Below are positions 36,346 to 45,273 of a DNA stretch of 46,357 bases, in pieces. Origin of the DNA: a virus (Duplodnaviria; Caudoviricetes); the IMG/VR virus record IMGVR_UViG_3300033067_001263, positions 1 through 46,357 of that record. One strand, given 5' to 3'. Every line of letters begins with the position of its first letter. Position 1 is the first letter of the stretch. Position numbers and translations under genes: made by a program. Under the pieces are notes generated by a model. That model was not told the DNA's origin, did no database searches, and saw only the letters and a list, made by a program, of their open reading frames with translations.

Positions 36346-39094
36346 CTCCTGAGTTATTTACTGGTAGTGTTTGCTGAGTTCCCCCTTCGGTTTCATATCT
36401 AAAATAAGTATCAAATGGAAGCCTAATTCCTTTTTGTGATCTCTGTCCAATGCAATAGAATGATTGATTTGGAAGAGTCAGTGGCAGGCGTTTGAGGACT
36501 GCGTTCCAGTTGTAGTAATGAGATGTGCCTGCAAGCTTGTTTGCGAGTAATTGATTTTTGCCTGCAATATAAACATACCATTGTCTCTCTTCTAGTTTTA
36601 CTGCAATTCCATAAAGCCCGAGTCCTTTTGCGATTTGGCGGGCATGTTCTTTGCGGTCCATGTGATGACTATTTATGTTTTCAACGTAGTCGTTAATTGC
36701 TCCAACGATTGTACTTGTGAATTTGCGAGCGCTCTCATCTTCAATGGTAATTGGGATTTCGCAAATAAATTTAAGTAGTTCTGTTTGTGTTGTTTCATCT
36801 TCTTTTTGCTGTGTGATTGTTGCCCAGATTGCATTGTCTAATAATGCGTTGATTGTTGCGTCGTCGTTTTCCATGATCTCTCCTACTTCCGGTATAAAAG
36901 CTGCTGCTGCTGCAAGGATTAATCCATAAGTGTCTCCTGCTCTGCCATCTGCTCGTTTCGCAATTTTCTGTTTTAATATACGGTAATTATGCATTATCGT
37001 TGGCAGAAGTGCAAAGCTAGTTGCAATGAATTTATCTGAGATTGCTTGATCCGCGAGTTCTCCAACAAGTCCTCCTTCTCCTCCTTCTCCAAAGGCTTTC
37101 GCAAAGGTATAAGACTCATCAAAATAGGGTTGCATAAACTCAGGTGCATCTGCTCTAAATCCAGGGATTGATTCGTGTAAGGTTTCAATTAGAACTTCTC
37201 TGGAGATATCCGCTTCATTGCCCTTTGGTTTAGTTGTACCTGCTTCAACCATCATAAATCTAGGCTTGAATACTTGTGCGCGTCCTGATGATGATCCTCT
37301 GATAATCGTTCCTTCTGAGTCTGAGCAAGAAGCACGCTTTAATCCGTTAATCTTTTCTCGTTCAATATCAGCAAGCTTGTTTTTTAACTCTGACTCGTCA
37401 AACATGACCGGGCGGGCATCACAAATAAGTCTTTGTCTGATAGCCGCTTCTGTGGGCGAGTCTTGTATATCCTCCAGAAACGGGCCTAGAAGTGTTCGAT
37501 AAAAGCGGAACATTGATGTTTTGCCCGATCCTCTTTGTCCTAACATAAACTGATGCGGTCGCCATCTTAAGCAACCTGAGAGTGGAGCAAGAACAACCCA
37601 GCCAATGTAGTAAAGCATCATAGATGTATTGGCGGTATTTGCGACGGTAAAGATCCGCAATAATTCTTTTCGTTCTGCTGTTGATAACTGTTTATTAAAA
37701 TCGAATTCACTGCTTACAACTGGTGGGCGTGATTGATAAATGAATTCAGTCTCAAAATCAGCAAAGCTAGTAAGCTGTTGATTGACATAAAGCCTAGTTC
37801 CTGCGTGAAATACTAAGCGATCTTTATCTTTCCAAAAGCCTGCGCCTCGGATTTTTCGTTCGTCATAAACGCCTTGATCTTTGCAGGCTCTAACGATATC
37901 GGGGATAATATCGTCCATGTCTGGCTTGACTCCATATTCATCTTTCCATTGCTCCCAGTCTGCCCAGAATTGCAATTCTTGTTTTGTAATACCTCCAGAT
38001 CCAACGGCTTTTACTTCCTGGACATATACTTTTTTAGTTTCTTCCATATGCCAATGCATGACATAGCACTGACCTGCCAAAAATCCAAGTGGTCTGATAA
38101 GTCGTTTAATTTTTGCATTTCTGTCAAATGGTTCTGATTTAGGTAGTTGCTGAGTAGCTTTGATTAATTCAGCAACATCATCATCAAAATCAAAAGTTTC
38201 TTTTGTAAGATCTCCAAGATCCCATTTAGGTGGTCTAGTTACTTCTGGAAGAATGATTGTAGCTTTACAAAAACCTTTGATCTTGTCATAGATTTGTCCC
38301 ATCTTTTTGATACCGACATCATCGTTATCTGGAAATAAAAAGACTTCTTTCCCCTGCAAGAAGGACCAATCAGTATTTAATGCTGTGTTATTTGATGCGC
38401 CTCCTACCCAAGTAACCACAGAATAGTTCTGGGTGGCTTTAGAGCAGAGATCTGCAGATTTCTCACCTTCTACTAGGAGAACTTGATTTTTATCGAGCTT
38501 GGAGCAAAAGGCAGGGCGATTTTGACCGATCGTGCCCTGTATCCAACCCCGATCTGTGTAAAGGACTTGGTGTAGTGTCTTATCTTTTTTCCTGCCAATA
38601 TAGCCTACACGTTGTCCTTGAGGGTCTTTCCATTCCCAAAAGTATTGGTATTCAACGGTTATTGGCTTATTCTTTGCCTGTGATAGTAATGTGATAGTAG
38701 CTCCTAGCTTATAATTGAGCGTGGGGGCAGGAAAAATAAAAGTATCAATTCCTCCAACCGGTGATACATCTTCCTGCTTCCCGTTTTTCTTTTTATCTGA
38801 TAGTCCCAGATATTTTTTTACACGCTCAATAGCTTCTCTTGCAGAGATACCTCTATGGTTAATCAGAAACGATAGTCCGTCTCCTGCCTGTCTACCTTGG
38901 TGTCCGTAGTTGCAATACCAAGTTCCATCTCCGCGTTTATCATCAAAGCGATAGCGGTCGGTTCCATCATTGCAGATAGGGCAAGGCTGAGATTTGTTAG
39001 ATAGCTGTGAAGTAGTTAAGCCGCACTCGCGGGACAAGAAGTCCTTCCAGTACCCTCTCATTCTATCTTTTAGTTGCTGTAGCGTTTCTTCCAT
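36326..39094 (-). CDS. P4-alpha-type primase-helicase (Zn ribbon + TOPRIM + P-loop ATPase)
   Basis: CPIC..GTDRYRFDD..G.GTWYCN; VEGEKSAD and FPDNDDVG; Walker A GQRGSGKTS and Walker B MFDESE. Confidence 0.9.
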   Translation of the reverse strand: MEETLQQLKDRMRGYWKDFLSRECGLTTSQLSNKSQPCPICNDGTDRYRFDDKRGDGTWYCNYGHQGRQAGDGLSFLINHRGISAREAIERVKKYLGLSDKKKNGKQEDVSPVGGIDTFIFPAPTLNYKLGATITLLSQAKNKPITVEYQYFWEWKDPQGQRVGYIGRKKDKTLHQVLYTDRGWIQGTIGQNRPAFCSKLDKNQVLLVEGEKSADLCSKATQNYSVVTWVGGASNNTALNTDWSFLQGKEVFLFPDNDDVGIKKMGQIYDKIKGFCKATIILPEVTRPPKWDLGDLTKETFDFDDDVAELIKATQQLPKSEPFDRNAKIKRLIRPLGFLAGQCYVMHWHMEETKKVYVQEVKAVGSGGITKQELQFWADWEQWKDEYGVKPDMDDIIPDIVRACKDQGVYDERKIRGAGFWKDKDRLVFHAGTRLYVNQQLTSFADFETEFIYQSRPPVVSSEFDFNKQLSTAERKELLRIFTVANTANTSMMLYYIGWVVLAPLSGCLRWRPHQFMLGQRGSGKTSMFRFYRTLLGPFLEDIQDSPTEAAIRQRLICDARPVMFDESELKNKLADIEREKINGLKRASCSDSEGTIIRGSSSGRAQVFKPRFMMVEAGTTKPKGNEADISREVLIETLHESIPGFRADAPEFMQPYFDESYTFAKAFGEGGEGGLVGELADQAISDKFIATSFALLPTIMHNYRILKQKIAKRADGRAGDTYGLILAAAAAFIPEVGEIMENDDATINALLDNAIWATITQQKEDETTQTELLKFICEIPITIEDESARKFTSTIVGAINDYVENINSHHMDRKEHARQIAKGLGLYGIAVKLEERQWYVYIAGKNQLLANKLAGTSHYYNWNAVLKRLPLTLPNQSFYCIGQRSQKGIRLPFDTYFRYETEGGTQQTLPVNNSGDAEVEF

Positions 39095-40512
39095 TTGTTC
39101 CTAAGCTGGAGTTGCATTTCTGCCCAGCCGTTTTTGTAATTTAATTTCTTAGCCAATGTTCGATAGTCATCAATAGTTCTGCATCTGCGTTTCATCTCCT
39201 TGATTTGTTCTTTAGTGAAAATATTTTTCTTGATTTGTTTGCCTGGCTTATAAAAATCGGTGATTTTCTCAAGCTGTCCATCAGTATGCTGTATTTCAGT
39301 CGTTTCGAATATTTCTTGATTACCGCACTTGGGACATTGTTTAACTTTTTTAAGATCGTAAAGATGAGAACAACTAGTGCAGTTAATATATTTCTTGTCG
39401 CTTTTTTGTTTATTGACCTTATCCTTTGGTGGTCTTCCTGCAAGATCCCATTCGCGTTCATCATCAGGACTGCCATGCTCTTTCCAATTTTCTACGTGAT
39501 CAAAGATGCAACAAAGATCTTCTTCGGGCGTAACATTCCAGTTCCTACGTAGCCCTCTGCCTACCATCTGAAGAAAAAGAGTAAGGCTTTTAGTCGGCCT
39601 CAAAAGAAAAATTCCTTTACAGGCAGGTACGTCAAATCCTTCGGTAATCAAATTGACATTTGACAGAACTTTAATTTCTCCTCTTCTGAAGCTATTAACA
39701 ATTTTAGCTCTTTCGGACTTTGGTATCTTTGAGTCAATATGAGCGGCTGGAATTCCAGCTGCTTTGAATTCATTAGTAACTTTGATGCTATGTTTTATAT
39801 TTAAACAAAAGCATATAGCGGGTTCTCCGTCAATGTATTTCTTATAGTGTTCTACTGCTTTACCAAATATAGTAGTCTTATCAATTTCTTCGCCTAGTTC
39901 CTTTGGATTATAGTCTCCCGCGAGTGTATGTACTGCTTCAAAATTAATTCCTGACTTCGGTGCGTAATAATCAAATTTGCAAAGATAACCTAGCTTTATT
40001 AATTCTGCAACTGAAATTGAAGTTACTAATTTGTCAAAGATTGCATCAAGTCCTTTGCCATCTAGTCTCTCTGGAGTTGCAGTTAATCCGATCATTGGCG
40101 TATTTTTGTAATGCTCTAGAATTTCTAGATTGGTTTTTGCCATTGAATGATGGCATTCATCATAGATGATTAGATCAAATGGGATATTCAGTTTTGTAAG
40201 CCTGCGTCCCAGCGTTTGAGTGCTTGCTAAGTATAATTGCTTGTTCTTGGTGAAGGGATATTCTGCAGAGATGTAGCCATATTGAAGCCCTGCTTCAGTT
40301 TGAGCTTTGGCCGTTTGTTCTATTAGTTCTTTCAGGTGTACCAGAAAAAGAACTTTGTTGCCCTTTGCTAGGGCTCCTTGAATGATATGCGTAGCAATTA
40401 CAGTTTTGCCCATGCCGGTAGGAGCCTGCAGGCATATCTTTTTATAGCCTGACTTAAATGCTTCTCTGACTTTTGTAACTGCTTCCTGCTGGTGCGGGAA
40501 TAGTTCCTTCAT
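39070..40512 (-). CDS. SF2 DEAD/DEAH-box helicase with C-terminal Zn finger
   Basis: APTGMGKT, DECHH, LTATP, TEGFDVP, QMVGRGLR, CxxC...CxxC. Confidence 0.93.
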   Translation of the reverse strand: MKELFPHQQEAVTKVREAFKSGYKKICLQAPTGMGKTVIATHIIQGALAKGNKVLFLVHLKELIEQTAKAQTEAGLQYGYISAEYPFTKNKQLYLASTQTLGRRLTKLNIPFDLIIYDECHHSMAKTNLEILEHYKNTPMIGLTATPERLDGKGLDAIFDKLVTSISVAELIKLGYLCKFDYYAPKSGINFEAVHTLAGDYNPKELGEEIDKTTIFGKAVEHYKKYIDGEPAICFCLNIKHSIKVTNEFKAAGIPAAHIDSKIPKSERAKIVNSFRRGEIKVLSNVNLITEGFDVPACKGIFLLRPTKSLTLFLQMVGRGLRRNWNVTPEEDLCCIFDHVENWKEHGSPDDEREWDLAGRPPKDKVNKQKSDKKYINCTSCSHLYDLKKVKQCPKCGNQEIFETTEIQHTDGQLEKITDFYKPGKQIKKNIFTKEQIKEMKRRCRTIDDYRTLAKKLNYKNGWAEMQLQLRNKWKKRYSN

Positions 40513-40515
40513 GTA

Positions 40516-40734
40516 TTAGTCTGCTCGTTTTAAATTTATCTGCCTAGGGTCAATTGATTGGTCGCCTCGGTTGATCGCGGGTAAGATTTGTGCCAGCACT
40601 ATAATGGCTGTTTCGTATCTTACTTTGCGACTTGCGGGAAAGGTCATTGCTTCTATAACCTTTCTTTCTGCTTCCAGCGCCTCCTTTGAAAAAACCAGGG
40701 TGGTCTTCTCGATCAATTCGTGTTCTTCTCTCAT
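40516..40734 (-). CDS. Hypothetical protein
   Basis: 72-aa ORF abutting the recombinase stop. Confidence 0.6.
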   Translation of the reverse strand: MREEHELIEKTTLVFSKEALEAERKVIEAMTFPASRKVRYETAIIVLAQILPAINRGDQSIDPRQINLKRAD

Positions 40735-41658
40735 TTATGCTTGTCCTTTTATCTGTGCGAGTCTTTTCTTTCGTTCATCGTTTAACACCTTTCTCGCCTC
40801 GGGTGTTAATGTAAACATTGAGTTTAATGTATTAGCTGCATCTGCAAGATCTGCCATTGTCTTGCATTCGCGGATTGTTTCAACCCAGATATCAACTTGA
40901 TCGGGTGGAATGATGGGTTTTTCGTCAGGCTCATCTGGTTCTTGCGGTACGGACTCTTCTTTATCTTCTGGAGCTTCTTTGAGTTTTTTGTGCATTACTT
41001 TTGCTTCTCCCAGTGTTAGGACCTTACCTGCTGAAGATAGCTTTTCTTCGGGCTCTTTTGTCTTTGGCTCTGCTTTAACATTGTTAAGTGTATCAAGCGC
41101 TCCATTATCAACTGGTGGCTCTTCAAAGTTTTCTTCAGGGATATAAATATCACTGAGTGCTTCTGGACAAGCTCGTCTCCAAGCTGCGGCTTCAATGTTC
41201 TTTTCAAACATGAAGCGCAATTTGGTCTTCCACATCGGCATGTCGCGGACTGTTTCTTTTGCGTATAGCTTTGGTGAAATAAACGGACATCTTTGACCTT
41301 GCACCATTCGATAAACAGTCATCTGTCCCCATTCTGGAACTTCCATTTCTTGCTTTTGGATTACCATTTTAACTTTGTTTTTAGACCATACAATTGAGTC
41401 ATTGCCTGCGGCTCCTGCCCTTGCTGCAATTGATCTAATCGCTCCGATAGTAAGCATCGGGGTAAAGGTTTTACCTCCTTCTCTGCTATTGAAACTAAGC
41501 ACTTCAATCATTGTGCAAGCTGGTTTAATATCGTGTGCTGCACACATGTCTAAAATTCGGTCATAGACATAATCAGGATATTTACCATCTTTGGCATCTT
41601 TGTTTTTGAATGCTCGTTTAATCTCGCTCAGTATTTGTTCTCTATCTTTATCTTCCAT
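40735..41658 (-). CDS. Single-strand annealing recombinase (Bet/RecT-like)
   Basis: IGAIRSIA.R, PEW...VYR, W......M..K..EA.A.R.A.P....IY..EE; directly after the exonuclease. Confidence 0.8.
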   Translation of the reverse strand: MEDKDREQILSEIKRAFKNKDAKDGKYPDYVYDRILDMCAAHDIKPACTMIEVLSFNSREGGKTFTPMLTIGAIRSIAARAGAAGNDSIVWSKNKVKMVIQKQEMEVPEWGQMTVYRMVQGQRCPFISPKLYAKETVRDMPMWKTKLRFMFEKNIEAAAWRRACPEALSDIYIPEENFEEPPVDNGALDTLNNVKAEPKTKEPEEKLSSAGKVLTLGEAKVMHKKLKEAPEDKEESVPQEPDEPDEKPIIPPDQVDIWVETIRECKTMADLADAANTLNSMFTLTPEARKVLNDERKKRLAQIKGQA

Positions 41659-41667
41659 TGTGATCTC

Positions 41668-42468
41668 CTATTTGTTACTCCATGCCGGCATGTTGATCTG
41701 TTCTATTTCTTTATGAGAATAGAATTCTCCAGTTTCAAATGCCTCTTTAAGTTTCTGCATCAACTCTTTGCGCTTGCTAAGTCCCTGGGATAGCATCTCT
41801 GGAGTTGGTGAAAAAAGTCTGAACAAGTAAGGCTCTTGTTTCTCCTGTGTAATAAACAAGAATGTTGGGAATAGATCGTCGCCTCTTTCCTGTTTGATTG
41901 CTTCTGAATATTGGGCAGATGCTATATCGTAGCGATATTGTCCAAAGTTGCTATCAATCTTGTAGTCCTCTAGTTTCTCTATAGACTTCAAGTCGATAAC
42001 CAAATTATGCGTCTTTGAATAAGCATCTAGCTTGGCTTTACATTCAAGTCCTGTCTCTGGATCAATCCAGCAAATCTCTTTTTCAATTTCTAGATCAGTG
42101 ATTGAGAAAATAAATTTCATTTTGGCGACTAGATCAGGTGCGACATAGTCCGAGCTTGTTAATGCTTTGACCATTGCAAGAGCCGTATCTCTTTGATCGA
42201 TTGAAATCGTCTGCAACTTAAGTGCTTCAGCTTGCGCTTTTGCTTCTTTACCTTCTTTCGTGCGTCCGTCGTATGGGTTAATAAAATAACGTTTAGTAAA
42301 CTCCTGCGGCTCAAGGGTAAGCGTGTGATAGACATTTCCAAAGACCATTGCTGCCGTTTGCTCTTGCTCCTTGTCGATAGTGTCCCATTCGTATTTGAAG
42401 CGCTCCAGGCTTACTGCTGCTTTTTTAAGCAAACTATTTGATATTTTGCGTTGATGATAGTAATTCAT
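41668..42468 (-). CDS. RecE/exonuclease VIII-like PD-(D/E)xK nuclease (DUF3799-like)
   Basis: ISNS.LK, FG..YH...LEP, E.EI.W, CKAKLD, IDLK, Y.....QY motifs. Confidence 0.88.
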   Translation of the reverse strand: MNYYHQRKISNSLLKKAAVSLERFKYEWDTIDKEQEQTAAMVFGNVYHTLTLEPQEFTKRYFINPYDGRTKEGKEAKAQAEALKLQTISIDQRDTALAMVKALTSSDYVAPDLVAKMKFIFSITDLEIEKEICWIDPETGLECKAKLDAYSKTHNLVIDLKSIEKLEDYKIDSNFGQYRYDIASAQYSEAIKQERGDDLFPTFLFITQEKQEPYLFRLFSPTPEMLSQGLSKRKELMQKLKEAFETGEFYSHKEIEQINMPAWSNK

Positions 42469-42486
42469 AAATTTCTCCTTGCTATC

Positions 42487-42497
42487 GTTATACCATA
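42487..42497 (-). promoter_or_regulatory. Extended -10 promoter of the recombination/replication operon
   Basis: TATGGTATAAC is identical to the 11-mer at 4923-4933; followed by AAGGAGAAATTT-ATG. Confidence 0.7.
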
Positions 42498-42547
42498 TTT
42501 ATATGTTAAAATATGTATTTGTCCATAAAATTATATAAAATTAATCT

Positions 42548-42700
42548 TTAAACTCGGGCTAGTAATCTGCCTGTGTTTCTATACTTTTCTTTGATCTCGT
42601 GGTAGATCATGTAGCCTAGTGCTATTTTAACGCCAAGAATGTAAAGTCCGAAGCCTGGATTTTTAGCAAAAAAATTTGTATATAACTTCAGTGCTTCCAT
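42548..42700 (-). CDS. Small protein with one hydrophobic segment (50 aa, MEALKLYTNFF...)
   Basis: Hand-translated; TAAGAT-agagtt-ATG leaderless-type start. Confidence 0.5.
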   Translation of the reverse strand: MEALKLYTNFFAKNPGFGLYILGVKIALGYMIYHEIKEKYRNTGRLLARV

Positions 42701-42736
42701 AACTCTATCTTAATACAACTATGTTATTTAGATATT

Positions 42737-42785
42737 GACACTGATCCCCCATCGAGAGCCTGTTATTTGGGCTCTCGGTAGTGTC
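42737..42785. terminator. Intergenic hairpin, possible terminator or processing site
   Basis: CGAGAGCC/GGCTCTCG core closed by GACACT/AGTGTC; only a weak U-tract on +. Confidence 0.4.
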
Positions 42786-42786
42786 T

Positions 42787-42972
42787 TTATTCGCTATCTC
42801 TTTCCTCTTCTGCCTCTAAGGCATTTCTCAGTAATCCCAGGTTATTGCTGGCAGTCCATCTATAGACATGTACCCAGTCTCCCTCTATTTTGACGATATC
42901 TCTATCTGGGTTGAATTTTATAATTCTTAAAAATTCTTGATATAAAAATTCTGATTTATCTTCTTCTTTCAT
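42787..42972 (-). CDS. Hypothetical protein
   Basis: 61-aa ORF. Confidence 0.5.
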   Translation of the reverse strand: MKEEDKSEFLYQEFLRIIKFNPDRDIVKIEGDWVHVYRWTASNNLGLLRNALEAEEERDSE

Positions 42973-42977
42973 GGTTT

Positions 42978-43046
42978 AAAAATAGGGCAGGCGAGAAACT
43001 GTGTTCTAAGGTTACTCAATAGGGTGAACTATAAACCTGCCCATAA
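42978..43046 (-). ncRNA. Candidate ~70-nt small RNA or attenuator
   Basis: -10 TAGAAT (43058-43053), closing stem GGGCAGG/CCTGCCC, then a T5 tract. Confidence 0.35.
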
Positions 43047-43225
43047 CTAATAATTCTATCTCACATTGTAATTATCAACTGATCTCAAGAGATTGCGATC
43101 CTTTCTCCATTTGATCAAGCTGCGGGTATCTGGTCTTCGTTTTGCTTCGTCGCGATAGATTAATCGACGGTGCTGTTCAAGATCCAAAAACTCTTGTTTC
43201 ATAAGTAATTTTATTAAGAATTTTA

Positions 43226-43618
43226 TCATGCTTTATGCTCCCCTTGTACCTTGCGTGCCACTCGGCTATCGTGCCTTGATTGTTGCCACTGAAGCGCCTC
43301 TTCAAGTTTGGTGATAGTAATTGAGTTTTCTCTGCAAGCAAATTTACCTCCTGCTGCAGTCTGAAAGAATTGCAATCTTTGGATTACCGCTAAGATCACA
43401 TCTTCAGTAAAAGCTCCATTCGGCTGAATTGCTTCTGGATAAGTATTCTTGTCATAGTCCCAGCCAAGCGGGCCGTCTTGCCAACTGATTTGTAATCCAA
43501 TCCCTGTAACATTCCCTCCTGCGGGGTTTCCGTCTGTATTCAATGTATTGCTGCAGTAGATGGGATTAGTCCATCTTTTTTGCAGTTTTTCTCCATGTGC
43601 GGTTTCGTTTGTATTCAT
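43226..43618 (-). CDS. tad1: Tad1-family anti-Thoeris/anti-CBASS nucleotide sponge
   Basis: ISWQDGP...NG...EDVI..V..RL..FQ...G.FACREN...ITKLEEAL.W...R...R..R.V.G matches the Tad1 core as I recall it. Confidence 0.8.
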   Translation of the reverse strand: MNTNETAHGEKLQKRWTNPIYCSNTLNTDGNPAGGNVTGIGLQISWQDGPLGWDYDKNTYPEAIQPNGAFTEDVILAVIQRLQFFQTAAGGKFACRENSITITKLEEALQWQQSRHDSRVARKVQGEHKA

Positions 43619-43760
43619 TCGTTTCTCTCCTTTTATTAATATCGTTAAAAATCTCTGTAACTAAGTCAGCGTACATTCCCCCAAGGGTTTTTCTAGATAT
43701 TACTACAGCCCTCCTCTCCAGATACTCCGCAACCTTGTTGTCTATGTCATTGTTTGTCAT
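43566..43760 (-). CDS. Hypothetical protein
   Basis: 64-aa ORF with SD AGGAG. Confidence 0.5.
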   Translation of the reverse strand: MTNNDIDNKVAEYLERRAVVISRKTLGGMYADLVTEIFNDINKRRETNEYKRNRTWRKTAKKMD

Positions 43761-44103
43761 TATCGTCTTCTCCTAGTTTTTCCAATGTTTCTTTTGACCA
43801 GTAATTTTGAAATTCTTTAAATTCAATAATTTCCCCTTTCTTTATTACTAGTAGCCTTTGTAAATGAGCTGCATCATTTTTAGACATTCCCTCTGCTACT
43901 ATAATTTTATCTAGGTTCATGGCTTCAAATTTTTCAGGTGAGTCTTGTAAACTCAAAAATCTAATAATAAAATACGGTGTTTCAATCATGTGGCAATATC
44001 CATAAGGGCTTCTTTTATATAGTCTGCCAAAATTAAAAGGATTGTGTTTTAAGTCTTTATGCTTACTAACTAAGTATAGATAGTGATATTTGTTACCTAT
44101 CAT
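43747..44103 (-). CDS. Hypothetical protein
   Basis: 118-aa ORF with SD GGAGG, coupled start. Confidence 0.6.
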   Translation of the reverse strand: MIGNKYHYLYLVSKHKDLKHNPFNFGRLYKRSPYGYCHMIETPYFIIRFLSLQDSPEKFEAMNLDKIIVAEGMSKNDAAHLQRLLVIKKGEIIEFKEFQNYWSKETLEKLGEDDNDKQ

Positions 44104-44465
44104 TATTTCCCCTCCTCCAGTGAATTCTCTTCAAGAATTCTGATTATTGCGCTTGCCAAGGCGTTTTGGGGTTCTGAGTCAATACCAATAGATTTGCCAT
44201 CACGATCCCAATAATCAAGCATAAAGAATTCCCCTCTAAAAGCTAGTCCGTTAGCTAAAAAATCTACTTCCTCTGGCTGAGTTTTCATATACATCAAAAG
44301 ATCGTAGCAGTCGTAGGCTTTTGGGTCTTTGTAACAATTAATTCCGAGAGAGTTGTACCACTCTCTTGTTATAGAGTTATAGTACCCACAATGCGTCTTC
44401 GAGTCAAAGTTCAGCTCGTTTAGCCTTTCTGATAGTTGATAATTTGTTACTTTTGTTTCAGTCAT
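44103..44465 (-). CDS. Hypothetical protein, probable distant paralog of the hypervariable junction gene
   Basis: VTNYQLSERL.E...YY...AY..YDLL...QNALA.AI..IL.E parallels CTSLEASKLL.E...SY.LDK.L...NAAA.LA.LL.KE. Confidence 0.55.
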   Translation of the reverse strand: MTETKVTNYQLSERLNELNFDSKTHCGYYNSITREWYNSLGINCYKDPKAYDCYDLLMYMKTQPEEVDFLANGLAFRGEFFMLDYWDRDGKSIGIDSEPQNALASAIIRILEENSLEEGK

Positions 44466-44637
44466 TTGGTTCCCTCAATCCTAACTTCAATTCAATGTCA
44501 TAGATCTCATTACTGTAAGAATGCCATGACGAACCTAATTCTGGGTCATCTTCTGCATTTGGTGGAAATTTAGAAAAGCCTACTTCTAAGGCTACCAATT
44601 CAAGAACCAAATTTTTTTGTTCATCATTTAACCTCAT
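44458..44637 (-). CDS. Hypothetical protein
   Basis: Likely start MRLNDEQ after AAGGAG within ORF 44458..44703. Confidence 0.5.
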   Translation of the reverse strand: MRLNDEQKNLVLELVALEVGFSKFPPNAEDDPELGSSWHSYSNEIYDIELKLGLREPND

Positions 44638-44869
44638 AGTCAAAATATTCTCCTTCATGAAAATAAAATAGGTCGTAGTCTTTGAGCCAGTCTTCAAAAT
44701 CACCTACTGGCATTCTTCTCCCGCCAAGGGTAATAATTAAACCTATCCCTTTCTCAGGGTGCATCATAAGTCTAAGTATTTCCATCTTTGCAGAAAAAAT
44801 ATCACTTAAATCAAACTCAATAGTTTCGCCTGTTCCACGGTGGACGGCTTTGAAGAAGGGCTTAGTCAT
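44624..44869 (-). CDS. Hypothetical protein
   Basis: 81-aa ORF, SD GAGGT, ATGA coupling. Confidence 0.6.
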   Translation of the reverse strand: MTKPFFKAVHRGTGETIEFDLSDIFSAKMEILRLMMHPEKGIGLIITLGGRRMPVGDFEDWLKDYDLFYFHEGEYFDYEVK

Positions 44870-45258
44870 GAGTTCACCTCATCTACAAATAAGTAGCCCT
44901 CACTAACCCTTATGCGCACAGCTTTATCTTTACAGAATAAAAGCAACTGATATAAAGTTACATCTGCATCTTCTGCTTTGATTTCAATAGTTCGATCACC
45001 GCTAGCGGGTTCATAGGTCAATTCAAAAATATCTGGCTTGCAGGGGTAGATTTCACCTTTAACTCCTTTAATAATGTAATCACCGTAACTGCCCCTCATC
45101 TGACCTTCTAGAGTATTGATGATGCAGTAACTTTGTTCATCTTCACCGTAAGTAATAATTTCATTCGTGCTAACCTTGTCCTGAAACCAATCAGGTACAC
45201 AATCTACCCTGAACTTAAATGCTTCAATTATTACTGCTCTTTTTCTATATTTCATCAT
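44866..45258 (-). CDS. Conserved phage protein, KYRK...TLEG...GDYII.GV.GE.YPCKPDIF..TYE (PGDYG-like) family
   Basis: Motif recognised as a widespread phage family of unclear function; SD AAGGAG. Confidence 0.8.
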   Translation of the reverse strand: MMKYRKRAVIIEAFKFRVDCVPDWFQDKVSTNEIITYGEDEQSYCIINTLEGQMRGSYGDYIIKGVKGEIYPCKPDIFELTYEPASGDRTIEIKAEDADVTLYQLLLFCKDKAVRIRVSEGYLFVDEVNS

Positions 45259-45273
45259 TCTCTCCTTGTTTAC

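Noticed and set aside
44866-45258. Naming this gene Acb4 or Tad2
   Set aside because: Its motifs do not match what I recall for those families; left unnamed.
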